A DNA stretch of 64,000 bases from the human T2T-CHM13v2.0 reference genome, Homo sapiens. Made by a program: the position numbers and the translations under genes. Shown here one piece after another: positions 43,244-59,948 of this stretch. The DNA is taken from NCBI RefSeq assembly GCF_009914755.1, contig NC_060926.1; one strand, written 5' to 3'. The notes under the pieces were generated by a model, which was not told the origin of the DNA, did not search any database, and worked only from the letters and a program-made list of their open reading frames with translations. Every line of letters begins with the position of its first letter. The stretch's first letter is position 1.

Positions 43244-44844
43244 TCAGGCGTGGGCCACTCCAGGCTCTGGGTGACACAGACAATGTTAAGATGGTGCAGG
43301 TGTCACAGAGAATCAGAATACCCTCTGTCTTAGTAGGAGGACTTGGAACTTGATCACGTTTATCCGCCAAACAAAAACAAGACCTGTGACTGAAGTCACC
43401 AGCGGCCAAACTTGTACAGCTGTCCCACAAAGAGAGGTGGCAGCAAGGGCAGCCAGAAAGTCATGGGAGAGCCCTGCCTGTGGATAATGAGCCAGGGTGA
43501 GGTCTGAGCTTGGCAACCTTTCTGCTGGGCACTCGTGAAGCCTGTTGGCAAAACCTCGTGTGCTGGAGCTGGGAGCTGGGCCAGGCTGGCCTGTTCTATT
43601 AGATTGGGAGACAAAGAAAAATCTAGCCAAGGCTAGAAGGTCTTACTTTGGCCTAGGGTCATTTTTTGGCGACCACACTAGGCCTTGGTTTCATATGGAC
43701 ACGGAGGGAGCTGTATTAGAAGGGAGCTCCCTGAGGGTCCTCCATGCCTTCTTGTTCTGCGATTGAATGAAATAAACAGGACAAAGTCCTTGGTGAACTG
43801 GAAGCTGCTCCTTATGTGCATATTTTTGGGTCCCCAACGTGATCTCAGGGCACCTTGCTATTCAATAGGCATCATACACTTCTTTGGACATGTGTTGGGA
43901 GGCAATGAGGGCAACCCTCAGAACATGCGGTAGCGTGAGTGGTGCGGTGTGTGAGTCTATGTGTGTCTCTGAATGTGTGTGTGATTGTGTGTGTTTCTAA
44001 CCTAGTTTTGCTCATGAGGAGCTGCCAACAGGAAGAAGGAAGGATTATTTTGCCACAAGGAGAGCTTGAGTTATACAAAGAAATCCCTTTTTAATGCAGT
44101 TGCTGGATTTTGTTTCCAGGAATACAGGGCCTTACCCAGGCTTTGTAGCTCCTGCTCTAGTTCCTGCCACCCCCACCCCTGCTCACACACTCTTGTCACC
44201 CAGACAATTGGCCCTTGTCCCCTCAACAATTTTATTCATATGGATCCTCAAACAGGTTCCTTTCTCATGGCTCTTCCATGAAAATCTCTGAACCACACTT
44301 GAGACCCTCATCGGCCAGGAAGCCACTCAGGGCCTCTCTGGCTTCTCTTGCAGGCTCTGTTTGTTTCCGCATCATCTGAGGTGCAATGGTAAACTCTTCC
44401 CAAAGCAGTCTTGCCTCTTCTAGTGACTATTTGCTCAGGCTGCCGTCTCTTTCGCTTGCTGCTATCAAGAAGGGCCTTTAAAAATACTTTCTCCCAGGAA
44501 AGATGTGTCAGGCTGAGCCTGGCATCAGTGGAGTGGCTGTGGACTTTCTGGGGAGATGAGGTAGGGTGAGGAAGGGGAGAGGCGATGCTACTCAGGCCTT
44601 GTAAGGACCAGAGAGCAGAGAGGAGCAGAGCCTGAGGCAGAACAAGGGTAATGGATGGGCTTTGCAGGTCTGGGCAAATCAGTTTAATGTTGCTGTGGGT
44701 TTGTACTATCATCAGAGGTGTTATGAAGTCCAGCAATTTAAACATACTTGTTTTACGCTATCTTCCATAGCCAGAAATGGCTTATGGATTATTGACTGTT
44801 TTTGATTATCTACATCTGTTTTTATATGAACCGGGGCATGTTTA

Positions 44845-45320
44845 TGCTCAGGTCCTCATCAAGACTATTTGGGATGTAACAGCAAATGTACCTGAGCCAG
44901 GGGAAGAAGAAAGGGGGAATGTCTCATAGGATACAAGGCTGTGTCACGATGGTAGGAATGTTGCCGAGGCCCCACAGGAGTCCAGAACCAGAAAGGACAG
45001 AGCATCCGTGGGCAGGGCAGCCATCTTCTCAGTCTCTGTGGATAGGGACACACGGGGTCTGGTGACTCTGTCTCTTGTTCTATTTGTCCTCCTTTTTCTT
45101 CAGAGATATAGATGGCCTACATTGCCTGGGTTTACAGGTGCTCTGAATCACAATTCGATTCTCAGGAGAGAGAATTTGGCTCAGCTTGGTTAGGTGTCCA
45201 CTCCTGGTCCAACTGTCTCTGACAGAGCGGGGAATAGGTGATGATGTGTAAATATGGCCACTGGATGCCATAGCTGTGGGAGGAGGTAGTTCTCAGAGAA
45301 AGCAGGTCACTGTGGGCTGG
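44845..45320 (-). mobile_element. Old MLT1 LTR
   Basis: TCAGGAGAGAGAATTTGGCTCAGCTTGGTTAGGTGTCCACTCCTGGTCCAA pattern. Confidence 0.55.
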
Positions 45321-46231
45321 AGAGATATCCCAGATGTGTCTATTATAGCTGTTCAAAAATACGTGTAACCTCTGCATGCCTTTTTCTTTCTCTCTTAATA
45401 CCCACATTAATAATTTGTTCAGTTGGTTTCTCCTCCATGCTGAAAGTTCCTGGAGGCCAGGGATTTGGTCTGTCCAGTGCTAGAAGCCAGCAGGTTGACT
45501 TATACAATGTTCTGCATCTTATGAGAGTTTGCAATAGAGAATATAAGCAGGATATTTAACATCTTTTCAAACTTATGCTTCACCAAGATTAGACACATCT
45601 TGTTCTGTTCTAAAATTTAGAATCGGTAGAATTTTAAAAGACTTGTGATTCACACAAGGATGAGACTTGTTCCTAGTCCAAAATTACAATAATATTGTAA
45701 GAGGCTTTCTCTGATACTAATCTAGGGGAAAAGGGCAGCTGTTACTAGTAAGAATGTTATGAGTTTCCCCATCTGGTGGCCAGGTTCAAGGACTTCACAT
45801 AACGACCTGTACCTGGAGAAATTAAGTAATAAAGAAACTAGGAGACATGCTTTTGCGGGAATTGTTGGCAGAGCTGAGACACAAATGAGATCCTCTGCTC
45901 AGATCTTGTGCTCTGGCCCCTCGTGGGTATCAGTGCAGACAAGATTGTGTTGTGGGATGTTCCTCATAGACACAATGCCCTCATAGGCAAGAAAATCAAC
46001 TTTGGGGCTGCTTGCTCTTGCAAACTGTGTGACCTTTCTAATACAATACAACCCCCAGGCAAAGAGAGTTCCATTTTAGAAAAAAGACCAAATTATCGCA
46101 GCAAGCAATATTATATCACTAAAGTTGACCAAAGTTATTTGACCTTAAATATTTGTTCCCTGTAACCACTTAAAGGAGCAAGATACTATAGAGGAATGAG
46201 TTAAGCTCCATATAGCTGAGAATACACTGAT

Positions 46232-46294
46232 AAAGTTGTTGATGGCTTTTTTTTTTTTGTCATTGGGTGGTTCTCTTGCAAAAGTTGTTGATGG

Positions 46295-46344
<50 letters not shown>

Positions 46345-46365
46345 TCATTGGGTGGTCATCTTGCA
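46232..46365. repeat. Tandem duplication of a roughly 49-bp unit; copy 2 carries (TA)22
   Basis: AAAGTTGTTGATGGC-[T12 or (TA)22T4]-GTCATTGGGTGGT..TCTTGCA x2. Confidence 0.95.
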
Positions 46366-47480
46366 GGTTGCTTCTGTCAAAAACCTTTGTGTTAAATTCT
46401 AATATTTGAGTTGTAGGCTTGGCTTATTGACCCTGTTCAAGAGAATAAATGCATATCAGTTCCACAGAAGGCAAATTTAGATTCAGACAGCCTTAGGTCA
46501 GATCACAGCCCCTGAACATAACTGTGTATAGCAAAAGGCTGATATCAAGCTCTGTGCTGATAAGGCAGGTATCTGTCTTGTCCCTAGCACTACTCCTGCA
46601 TCTGGAACCCCTAGCACACTAACCCAAGGATATGCTGACATGTCTCACTCACTCCACTATCCAGCTCACCTAAGTGACCTCAGAGGTGTGTGCTGATCCT
46701 GGAGATGAGTCGTCGTCCCTGTCCCCCGCCTGTCCTGGAGGCACGCTGGAAAGCCACAAATAGGCCTTCGTAGCAGCAAGAGGCAGCAGAACAGCACCAC
46801 TGCAATGTTGTCATCACTCTTGGTGTCTCAAGCTCCTTCCATACTCAGCCCCTCTCTTCAGGTTTGGGTCCTTCAAGCTGATTCTCAAGTGTGTCCCCAG
46901 TGATAAGAGCCAGAGGTGCTGCTGTCTTCATTGCAGCAATTTTAAGGCAAGTCAAGAGTGATTCAGGTTCTTTCTGTTGATAGAAGGTTGTGAGGAAGAG
47001 GTATGGCAGGCACTGTGAGGGGCTGACCTTGAGGGTATCTGGAGTAGGAATGTTGTATACAGCTTGTGTGCTCAGGAGCAGGCAAAGGGAAGATAAACAG
47101 AGATGAAGGTGTAGTTGGTCAGGGCACAGTGATCCTCCCTAACGACCTCCATCTCTTTAAACCCTATCATCAGCATCTTGAGGCAGGGAAGGGCTTGAAA
47201 TGTCATACAGTCCAGTAACCTACCCGATACTGGTATGCTATCTATTCCATACCTGTAGTGGAATACTTCCAGGGGTGGGCAACTCAATAACTTCCATAGC
47301 AGTCTGTCTCTGGAGACGATAGCTAGAAAGTGCTACATGTCCAAAAGTAGGGGAATGGTTGAATGTGTAATGTCCATGTGGGATATTATGCAGCTGCTGA
47401 AAATAATATCTTCAAGGAATTTGAAAATGATATGTAAAGATACTATAAATGCTAAGTGAGAAAACCAGGAACTAAAACTA

Positions 47481-47857
<377 letters not shown>

Positions 47858-47897
47858 GACTAAGCTAATCTGTGGGTTGAATCACAGGTAACTTTGT

Positions 47898-48690
47898 TGT
47901 GGTAGACACTGTTGGGGGCAACTGAAAAGCCATCTCCTTATCCTTGCTAATCTTCTATTGTATAGGCTGGAAAAGCAGATAGTTTTTTTCTAGCCTCTCT
48001 TGCAGCCAGAATTGGCCATATAACCCAGTGTGGCCAATGAAATATACAAGGACATCTGAGAAATTATTTTCTTTTCTTTTTTTCTTTTGAGACAGGATCC
48101 CATTGTTGCCCAGGCTGGAGTGCACTGGCCCAATCACAGCTTACTGCAACCTTGAAGTGTTAGACTCAAGTAATCCTTCCACCTTAGCCTCCCCGGTAGC
48201 TGGGACTACAGGCGCTCGCCACCACACTTGGTTAATTTTTGTATTGTGTGTAGAGACAAGTTTCTGCCATGTTGCCCAGGCTGGTCTTGAACTCCTGGGC
48301 TCAGGTGATCCACCCACCCTGGGCTCCCAAAGGGATAGGATTACAGGCATGAGCTGCTGCTTTGCCTGGCCCAGTTATTTTCTTTTCTGACAAAATGATA
48401 GCACCATTAAGGAAAAGGTCCTCTTTGCTACCTTGGCTACCCTCTCGCTGTCACCCTCCTCCCTCACTTTGAGTGCAGACTTGTGCTGTTAGAACTTCAG
48501 CAGCCATCTTGTGACCATGAGGCCACAGACAGAAGGATGAGGCCAACACTGAGGATGGTGGAGAAGAAGGTTGGAGAGCCTTAACCACAGGTTACTTCTA
48601 GGCTTCTTTTTAAGTGGCAAAAATTTTTCTTTGGTTAAGTCATTATTAATCAGGTTTTCTGTTACTTACAGTTAAATCAATACTAATGGG
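47898..48690 (+). mobile_element. MLT1 (G/H-like) LTR split by an Alu
   Basis: TGTGGTAGACACTGTTGG...CAGCAGCCATCTTGTGACCATGAG...GGTTTTCTGTTACTTACAG. Confidence 0.75.
48066..48374 (-). mobile_element. AluJ-like element
   Basis: Reverse Alu; TSD TTATTTTCTTTTCT. Confidence 0.92.
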
Positions 48691-48853
48691 CACATCGGGT
48701 TTCTTCATTATACATTACTCTAATTTCTCCCTGAAGTATCCACTCACTGTCCTGAGTTCACTCCTCAGAGCCAGACATGACAAGCCCAGTCTTTCTCCAT
48801 GCAGGAGAATTGTAGATGTTTATAGAGAATTCTTGAGTCACTCTGAAGCTTAT

Positions 48854-49267
48854 TGATATGGTTTGGATGTTTGTCCCCTCCAAATCTCATGTTGACATGT
48901 GATCCCGAATGTTGGAGGTCATGGTGGAGCCTGGTGGGAGGTATTTGCTTCATGGGGGCGGATCCCTCATGAACAGCTTGGTGTGCCCTCCCAGTGGCAA
49001 TGCCTTCCCTTCATGTGAGATTTGATTGTTAAAAAGAGTCTGGGATTTCCTCCTCTGTCTTGCTTTCTCCTCACCATGTGACACACCCGTTCCCTGTTTG
49101 CCTTTCACCATGATTGTAAGCTTCCTGAGGCCCTCACTCCAGAGGCAGATGCTGGTGCCATCCTTCTTGTACAGTCTGCAAAACTGCGAGCCAAAATAAA
49201 TCTTCTTTCCTTATAAATTACCTGGTTTCACGTATCCCTTTTTAGCAATGCAAAATGGACTAATACT
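48854..49267 (+). mobile_element. MST (MSTA/MSTB) MaLR solo LTR
   Basis: TGATATGGTTTGGATGTTTGTCCCCTCCAAATCTCATGTTG...AAAATAAA...AATGGACTAATAC. Confidence 0.92.
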
Positions 49268-50544
49268 CTTGTCTTCTCCAGCTAAACAGCACTATTCCTA
49301 CATTATGCAGTCCGGGGTTGTGTGAATCACGCTAGCCATTTATTCTCTGAATGCACTCTGGTTTGCATCCTTCTAACTGGACGGTAGGCAGACCTGAAGT
49401 TGATATTCCAGGGGTCTAACCAGGAAAAATGGAACTGATTACCTATTCCCTCCTTTGCATCTCATTTTTCTATCAGAACAGCTTCAAATTCAGCTTTTCA
49501 GGTGCCCTCATCTGAGTTAAACCCCTGACCCATTTTCATGTGTTTTGCATGGACAGTTTGTTTTATTTTGGTTTATTTATTTATTTTTCTCAAGTGCAGG
49601 ACATTCCCTCATCCTTATTAAGTTTTCTCTTATTAAATTCAGGCTGGCATTCTAGCTTGTTGAGACTTTTGGGGATTGTAATTGGGTGTTTGCTGTTCCT
49701 TTCAGCTTCCTGTCCTCCACAAATCTGATAAGCATGCCTCCTCTGTCTTCATTTCAACTCCTTGATAACAAGTGCAACCCAGATGTCAGTTGACGTCACC
49801 CTGTCCTTTGAGATTTAAAATAAAATTAACTCGAGCCCCTGTCACACATCCTGTGGGAAGTCGGAGGCCTCCTCCCAAAGATCTTTGCAAAGCTTCAGGG
49901 CTTTCATGGCCACTTGTGGTTCCAAGGCCTCCTCCAGCTGGCCTTGGGCTCACACACACCCCACCTCTGGCTGCTCTCCTCTTCAGCCCATGCCAACCAG
50001 ACTCTTTCCTTGATTTCTTTAAGGAAACTGCTCATATAAGACATGTGGGTGTGTGGTAGACTTCACTCAAGACGTGCAGATACAGGGTGCATTTGGAGTG
50101 AAGTCGTGGTTGCACAACATGTACTTACATTCAAGTTATTAGGTATCCTTTTTCTGTCCTGGAAAGCTCCTCAGTAATAACAGCACCAGGACCTTCTCCC
50201 TAGCTTCCTTTTTCCAGGTGCTCCTCAAAACTGCCCAGAAACCCAGATCCCAAGTTTTCCCATTAACAGCCCTTGCCCTGGTCAGGGTTTGGGGAGGAGA
50301 GCGGGCAATGGGAAACATAAGGGTAGACCCTGGGCAAATTTGTGAAGGAGTGTTTAAGATGCCCCCAGCCTTCCTTTTTAATTCAAGAGTAAATAGTAGA
50401 TTGCATTTAACCCAACATAATCAAAATGTGAGAAAATATATTCCTGTTGTTTAAGCCAGCCAATCAGTGGTATTTCGTTATGGCAGTCCTAGTAAACTAA
50501 TGTGACATGTGGTCAACATAAAATATATATATATATGTTAAGGA

Positions 50545-50957
50545 GTATAATGGGTTGAAATGTGGTCCTTCAAAAGTTGTGTCCATGTCCTAACCCCTGG
50601 AACCAGTGAATGTGACCTTATTTGAAGAAGGGTCTTTGCAGATGTAATTAAATTTAGGATCTCAAGGTGAGATCATCCTGGATTATCAGAGTGGGCCTTA
50701 AGTCCAATGACAAGTGTCCCTATAAGAGAAGAGGAGGAAATACAGAGACAGAGAGGTAAAGGCCAAGTGCAGACAGAGGCAGAGATGGGAATTATGCAGC
50801 CACAAGCCAGGGAATTCCTGGGGGCGTCCAAGAATTAGGAGGCTCTGTTAACATCTTGGTTTCAGACTTCTGGCCTCCAGAACTGGGAGAGAATAAGCTT
50901 TTATCATTTTAAATTACCGAATTTGTGGTTGTTGCAGCAGCCCTGGAAAACTAATAT
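50545..50957 (+). mobile_element. MLT1 (B/C-like) LTR
   Basis: GAATGTGACCTTATTTG...GGGTCTTTGCAGATGTAATTAA...GACTTCTGGCCTCCAGAACT. Confidence 0.88.
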
Positions 50958-51049
50958 GAGGAGGGATTTTGTGTTCTTTGTTCATTCTTTGAAACGTGGT
51001 GCATATTTTTTATTTCTAGCACAGCTCAATTCAGAATAGCCGCATTTCA

Positions 51050-51440
51050 TGCCAGTTTATTTGGGAAGTGATCCCAGGCAGTTGGAGTGAGGGAAGGGAT
51101 GGAGTCATAGGGCAGGAGGCCAAGATGCACGGTCAAGTCTGCGCCAGCACACCCACCCCTCCCTCATGCAGTTCACTTTTATGTCCTTGTGCCCACAATG
51201 GCCAGCACCTTTCAGGTACAAGGGGGCTCCTGGGGCTGTCACTCAAGCTGGAGTTCCCTCCCAGGGCGGCAACCGTTTCATCCATGTGAAACTCAGAGCC
51301 ACCTGTGCAGTCTCCCTCAGGGTGCTGGCTGGTGATCCGAGCTGAGCCCTGTGGCTGGGAGGCTGGGAAGTTTCCCCAACGATGTCCACATCCTGCCCTT
51401 CCCAAGATGGAGGATCCGTGTCCACATTCCCACCATTCTT
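51050..51440. mobile_element. LTR16-like ERVL LTR
   Basis: AGTTTATTTGGGAAGTGATCCCAGG...GAGTGAGGGAAG. Confidence 0.45.
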
Positions 51441-51446
51441 TCCCTC

Positions 51447-52186
<740 letters not shown>

Positions 52187-52802
52187 CTCCTTCTGGTTTC
52201 ACCTCATTATCAGACCCAATGCCCCTGGGCTTTACCTGGAATCTGTGGTCTATTTATTTCTCTAAATCTCTATATTTAGTTTCCTCATTTGTAAAATAGG
52301 GGCCATCATATTTATTTTACAGTGTTGTAAGGGTTAAATGTGATAAAATATGAGGCCATGCTATACAATATGAGCTGGTGTTCTTGTTGCTTCCCACCAC
52401 CACCCCCTGCCCTTCATACACCCTGACTAAGAGGTGGGACAAGGCTAGCTGGTTCCTGGAATCTGTCACCAGCACCGAAGTAGCCAAAACAGACAGTGTG
52501 ACATAAATCTAAGATAAAATTGGATTTTTCTAAAGGGAATCCACCAAGGAATAAAGTTAGACTACCCAATATGCAAAACTATAGAAACAGATGAGTGTGT
52601 AGGATCCCTATAAAGATTTTAACATAGGAAGAATGAGTGCAGGTAGGCTTGGCTGGCATGTGGCTATAAAGTTTGCCCGGGGTTAGCCCATTCCCCTTGC
52701 TTCCATCTTGCCTGCCTCACTTCCCTAATCCCCTAGTGTGGGGTCATTGGCTGGTGCTCATGGCCAAGCTCAGTTCTCCAAATCCTGTGGCCTCATGCAT
52801 AG

Positions 52803-53291
<489 letters not shown>

Positions 53292-54400
53292 AATTAAGTC
53301 TCCATTTTAATCTGGTGTAACTGGGCCCATTCTCCTACCCTCACTAGCAATATGAAAGATTGGAGAGGAGAGGGGAGCACCTGATAAGGCCTTGTATGAG
53401 GAGGCGTCTCTGAAAGCCTTGGGTTGCTTTGCTGTCTTCCCTGCGCTGGGGTAGAGTAGAAAGAATTAGATGATGGGGGAATTTACTGCAGTATAAAAGC
53501 ATAAACCTTTGGCCAACATGAAGATTTTCTTAATCTGATTAGGTGCCTGGCATTCAGAATCATTTAATGCCTATTGTACAAAATGAATAAAAATGTGCTG
53601 AACTTCAGCTGCTTAATAGAACAAATAAAATTATAATTTAGTAGGCTAATACATCACAAGGAATGGGGCTGTTTCTCTTTGGGGAATCTAGAGACCTGTG
53701 ATTCAGAGTTCTGAGTCGAAAGACTGATTTGAACACTGAAGAATCCATAACAACAGATAACAAACAGGTCAAAATCCAGCAAAGGGCGTGCTCACCCTTT
53801 CCCAAATTCCTCCTCTGTTCTGGTATTTACCATATCTGGAACAACGTCAGAACCCTAGTTCTGATGATATTTTTATAGGATTGACTGGAATGGCAATTAC
53901 CCTAGAATATTTAACTTTTATTATCCCAGCAATTCCATCTAGAATATATAAAAAGGCAGGAGAAACTGCACTCAACTCCACCTTCCCATTGCTAATTTCC
54001 TTCCTTTCTAGTCAGTTAATAGGTCTCAAGAGGCTGTGTTAAGACAGTATGTTCAGAAGCTTTCAATTTTTTAAATTCTGTTTGAACATTTTCTACCCAA
54101 TCTATAATATCGCTTCTCCAACAGAAAAGCAACAATTATAACATGGCTATGGCTTTTCTTTGAAAAGGAAAAAGAATGGGGTGGGAGCAAGGGTGGGGCA
54201 GAGAGGGGCACGTGGGCTTGAAACTAAGTGAAGACATGTGTGGCCAATACAGATTCGCAGAGAGGCAGCTGGGAATATGCTAATATCCCATCTCTCCTGT
54301 TCAGTGCCATCTAGCTCCTAGCGATGGGGAAGAGGCGGGAATGCCTGTCATTAATCTGCTGAAAACTACACCTCAAAGATCATCTTGAACTTGATGTTGA

Positions 54401-54777
<377 letters not shown>

Positions 54778-55029
54778 GAACCCAAGGATATCAATGGGTT
54801 TAAGCTATGGGCACCTGATTCCTGAGCACTGCACAAAGACACTGTCACAAAGACACTTAGGCAAAGACAAGTATTACTTCAACACTATGGATTTCACAAC
54901 CATGGACAGCCACAGAAACCTGTTGTTTGAATGTTCATTGACTAAATACGTGTTAAGAATCCCCTAGCTGGTCAAACCTATTTGGGCTTTTTCTGCCTTC
55001 TTTGCTAAATTCAATATCCAAGGACATTT

Positions 55030-56002
<973 letters not shown>

Positions 56003-56223
56003 TCTAGGTCCTGTAATGTGCTTTTGTTATTTTCATAACTACGGCAAGCAACGCTTTTTTAAACACATATTTATTTCCAAGTGAAAGTAATAGAAAATAG
56101 GAAATTCATTTGATCAGTTAGCAAACTTTCATTGAATATTCACTCACTCTACAATAGATCCTATGGTAGGTCTAGGGATTCAAAAATTAATTAAGACGTA
56201 ATTGTTGATTTCAAGGAATTTCT

Positions 56224-56555
<332 letters not shown>

Positions 56556-56829
56556 CTTCTACTAGGAAAAGAAAAACAAACCAAAGAAAGAATAAATAAT
56601 ATGTGCTATAGTGGAAACCATGTTACATTCCTCAGGGTAAAAGGCTAAGCAGCTTTAACAAACAGACCCAACAATTCTGTGGCTTAAAGAAACAATGAAT
56701 TCATTTATCTTGCCTAACAGTGAGGGTGGGTAGGCAGGATGCCGTACACAGTCATTGAGGAATCCATATTGCTCCCCTTCCACCCAAAGACTTTGTCCTT
56801 CTCTGCATGACTGAGGTAGATTAGATTAT

Positions 56830-57235
56830 TGCTCAAAAATAGTTATTTCCTCCCCTAAACCTCTATAAAAGATGTTTTGTGCTCCTCCTCTTGAATTTGG
56901 CCTCCACCATGTGACTTGCTTCGGCCAAGGCAAGGTTGGGAGCAAGTGTGGCTCAAGCAGAATTTTGACATGTGCTTGCACAGCTAGGCTCACCCTCTGC
57001 CATCCCTGCCATCACAGTAAGAAGTTGCCCTAGGTAGCTGCTGCCCCTTCAGCTTGGGTCTCAAAATGAACACTTGTGGAACAGATCAGAACTCAACCCC
57101 AGCAAGAGTCAGGCCCTGCCAGACCCATAGCTTGAAGCAAAGGCACTTAGCCAACTCTCCAAGAGAAGAAATGATTCTTGTTTTAAGCCTGGGTTTTAGG
57201 GTGGCTTGTTACCTAGTGCTAGCTCACTGATGCAA
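56830..57235 (+). mobile_element. Old MLT1 (I/J-like) LTR nested in another MLT fragment
   Basis: CCATGTGACTTGCTTCGGCCAA...GCTGCCCCTTCAGCTTGGGTC...GTTTTAAGCC. Confidence 0.6.
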
Positions 57236-57314
57236 TGGTGAGCACTGGGTTTCATAATACATCCATGTTCCAGCTCACAGGAAGGGGACAGAGAGCAGAA
57301 AAGCAATGCAGTGA

Positions 57315-57785
<471 letters not shown>

Positions 57786-59811
57786 AGGGAGAATGGATTT
57801 TAGGGGCTAGCTAGCAGTACGTGCTACATGCAAACAATGACCGAAATGGAGAGGTGAAAGGGACCATCAGAAGACATTTCTCAGAAAAACAAAATACTTT
57901 GGTTGAGGCCTGGGGGTGTGGAAAAGGCAGGGAGAAGCATTCCAGGCAGAAGAAGCAGTGCACACAAATGGGAAAAATACACGGGAAACTATGGCTTGAT
58001 GAGGGGCGGTAAAGAGATTGATGTGATTGGAGTGGCATCGATGGTGCTGGAAGGAGAGCCGGTGTAAGCAGAGGCCTAGCATGATTAAGACATTTGGGCA
58101 GCTGAGAGGGCACATAGTTTGTTTTACTTGACTTTCTATCCTGATAGATCTTTATGATCGTTACATGGTCACAGAAAAAAATAGAACTGAGGCAAAAGTT
58201 TTATAATGTGCCAGAGCTGGTTGTGTGCACCTTCTCTGTTCTATCTGACTTGTTTTCTCCTAGGAAATGGGAGGTGGGCATGTGCTTCCACCTGGGTGCC
58301 CCCATGTCTTTGACATGGTCCTCACTCCTGCAGCTTCAGGAACCACAATGCACCTTTTCCAGCTTTCTGCATTGCCAATTCAAACTTCCACCTTCCTTTC
58401 TCCAAATGCTGTCTGGGAAGCACATACATTTTTCTCCCCACTTCTCTATCTCCTAACTTCCATGCAGAAACTAAACGAAGTCAGAAGATTACCCTAGACC
58501 AAGAAATGGAGATTATAATTTTCAACACCTTAATTGTTGAACTGTAGAAATGCTATAATGCAGCCTGGTATGTGGGGTTCATTATGTGGGAATCATGTCC
58601 TGGACAGGTGGATGGATGAACTCTCTAGTCCATTATTAGATATTAGCCCTGTCTCTCGATAAGTTCATTATGTTGTGCCTTGTCTGTTTTGGACTCTCTG
58701 TTTCTGCTTGCTTCCTTTCTCAGTCTTGGCTAACAGAAGCTGGAGCTCACATTTTATGTGGCTTCCTGGTCTTTATTCCTTTCAAGAGCTCTCCACAGGG
58801 CAGGGCTTTATAGAGATATGAAATGTATGTGGTGTCAGCAGAACCCAGTCCCAGATGTCCCAATGCTGGAAGACTTCTATCAGGCAGGTGCTGCGACGCG
58901 TCTGCTTCACTTAGGGCCTGATACGTTGCAGATGTCCTAACATTTGCAACCATCAGCATGAAGTCCAGATACTATCACTCAGGATTCCTAAACTCATCTT
59001 CTCAACACTTATAAAACTGCCCAATCTTCAGTATGCTAAGCCAGCGGCATTAAGCAAATGGGGAAAATAAAAGCTCCTTTTAAGCACATTATTTTCTACA
59101 AGAAAGCTATTTTCCATGTGAATTTTTGGAAAAGTTCCCCCTGACATAATGTGCCTGCAGCTATGCCAGGAAGAGGGAGTCGAGAAGCAGCCCTGCTGTC
59201 GGTGCCTTCTATAAGCGTTTTGGAAGAAACTCCTGGAATCTGGCTTTCAGATAACACAATGGGTTGGCTTCTTCTGATGATTCTTGGCGGCACCCGAGGA
59301 AGCAGAAGAAAGTGGGTTGCTTCTTGGGGGCTGATGGTGCAGCAGTGGGAACTCTAGTCCTTCCGGTCCTGGAGGTGTCCTAAGGGTCACCCGACAAATC
59401 CCTCTGCATAAGGAGGGAGGCAGCCCAAGGTGATTCCTCACCCCTCACTGATCACTCTGTGGCCCCTGAGAGCTGATTGGACTAGGAGAAGACCTGACAA
59501 AAGGGCCGCTGATCTATTGGCTGGCCCGTCAACAGAGTTCACCCAATGGGGATAAGGATAGAAACCACCTGGACCAATCAAAGCCCTTTCTCTCAGGATT
59601 TGACTGTAGTAAAGCATCCCGTAAAGCAAACAAACCTGAAGGAAAATAGGGACAGAGTGAGTGACTGTATCTCACACTGCTGGAGTCCTGGAGTAGGAAC
59701 CCATGAACTCCCATCACTGAGCTGACAGAGAAATAACCCGGGGGCCAGAGCTGCATAACATTCTAGTCCAGGGCTCTAGCCAGAAAACAGGAAGGACGGC
59801 AAAAGCTCCTA

Positions 59812-59935
59812 CAGCACTTGCTGTGTGCCAGGCACCGTTCTGAGCACTTTACCTATGTGATCTCATTTAATCCTCACAATAATTCTGTGAGGTAGGTGCT
59901 TTTTATCATTCTGTCTTTACGAGGAGGAAATTCCA
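59812..59935 (-). mobile_element. MIR SINE
   Basis: GTGCCAGGCACCGTTCTGAGCACTTTACC...TCTCATTTAATCCTCACAATAATTCTGTGAGGTAGG. Confidence 0.88.
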
Positions 59936-59948
59936 AAGAAACTACCTA

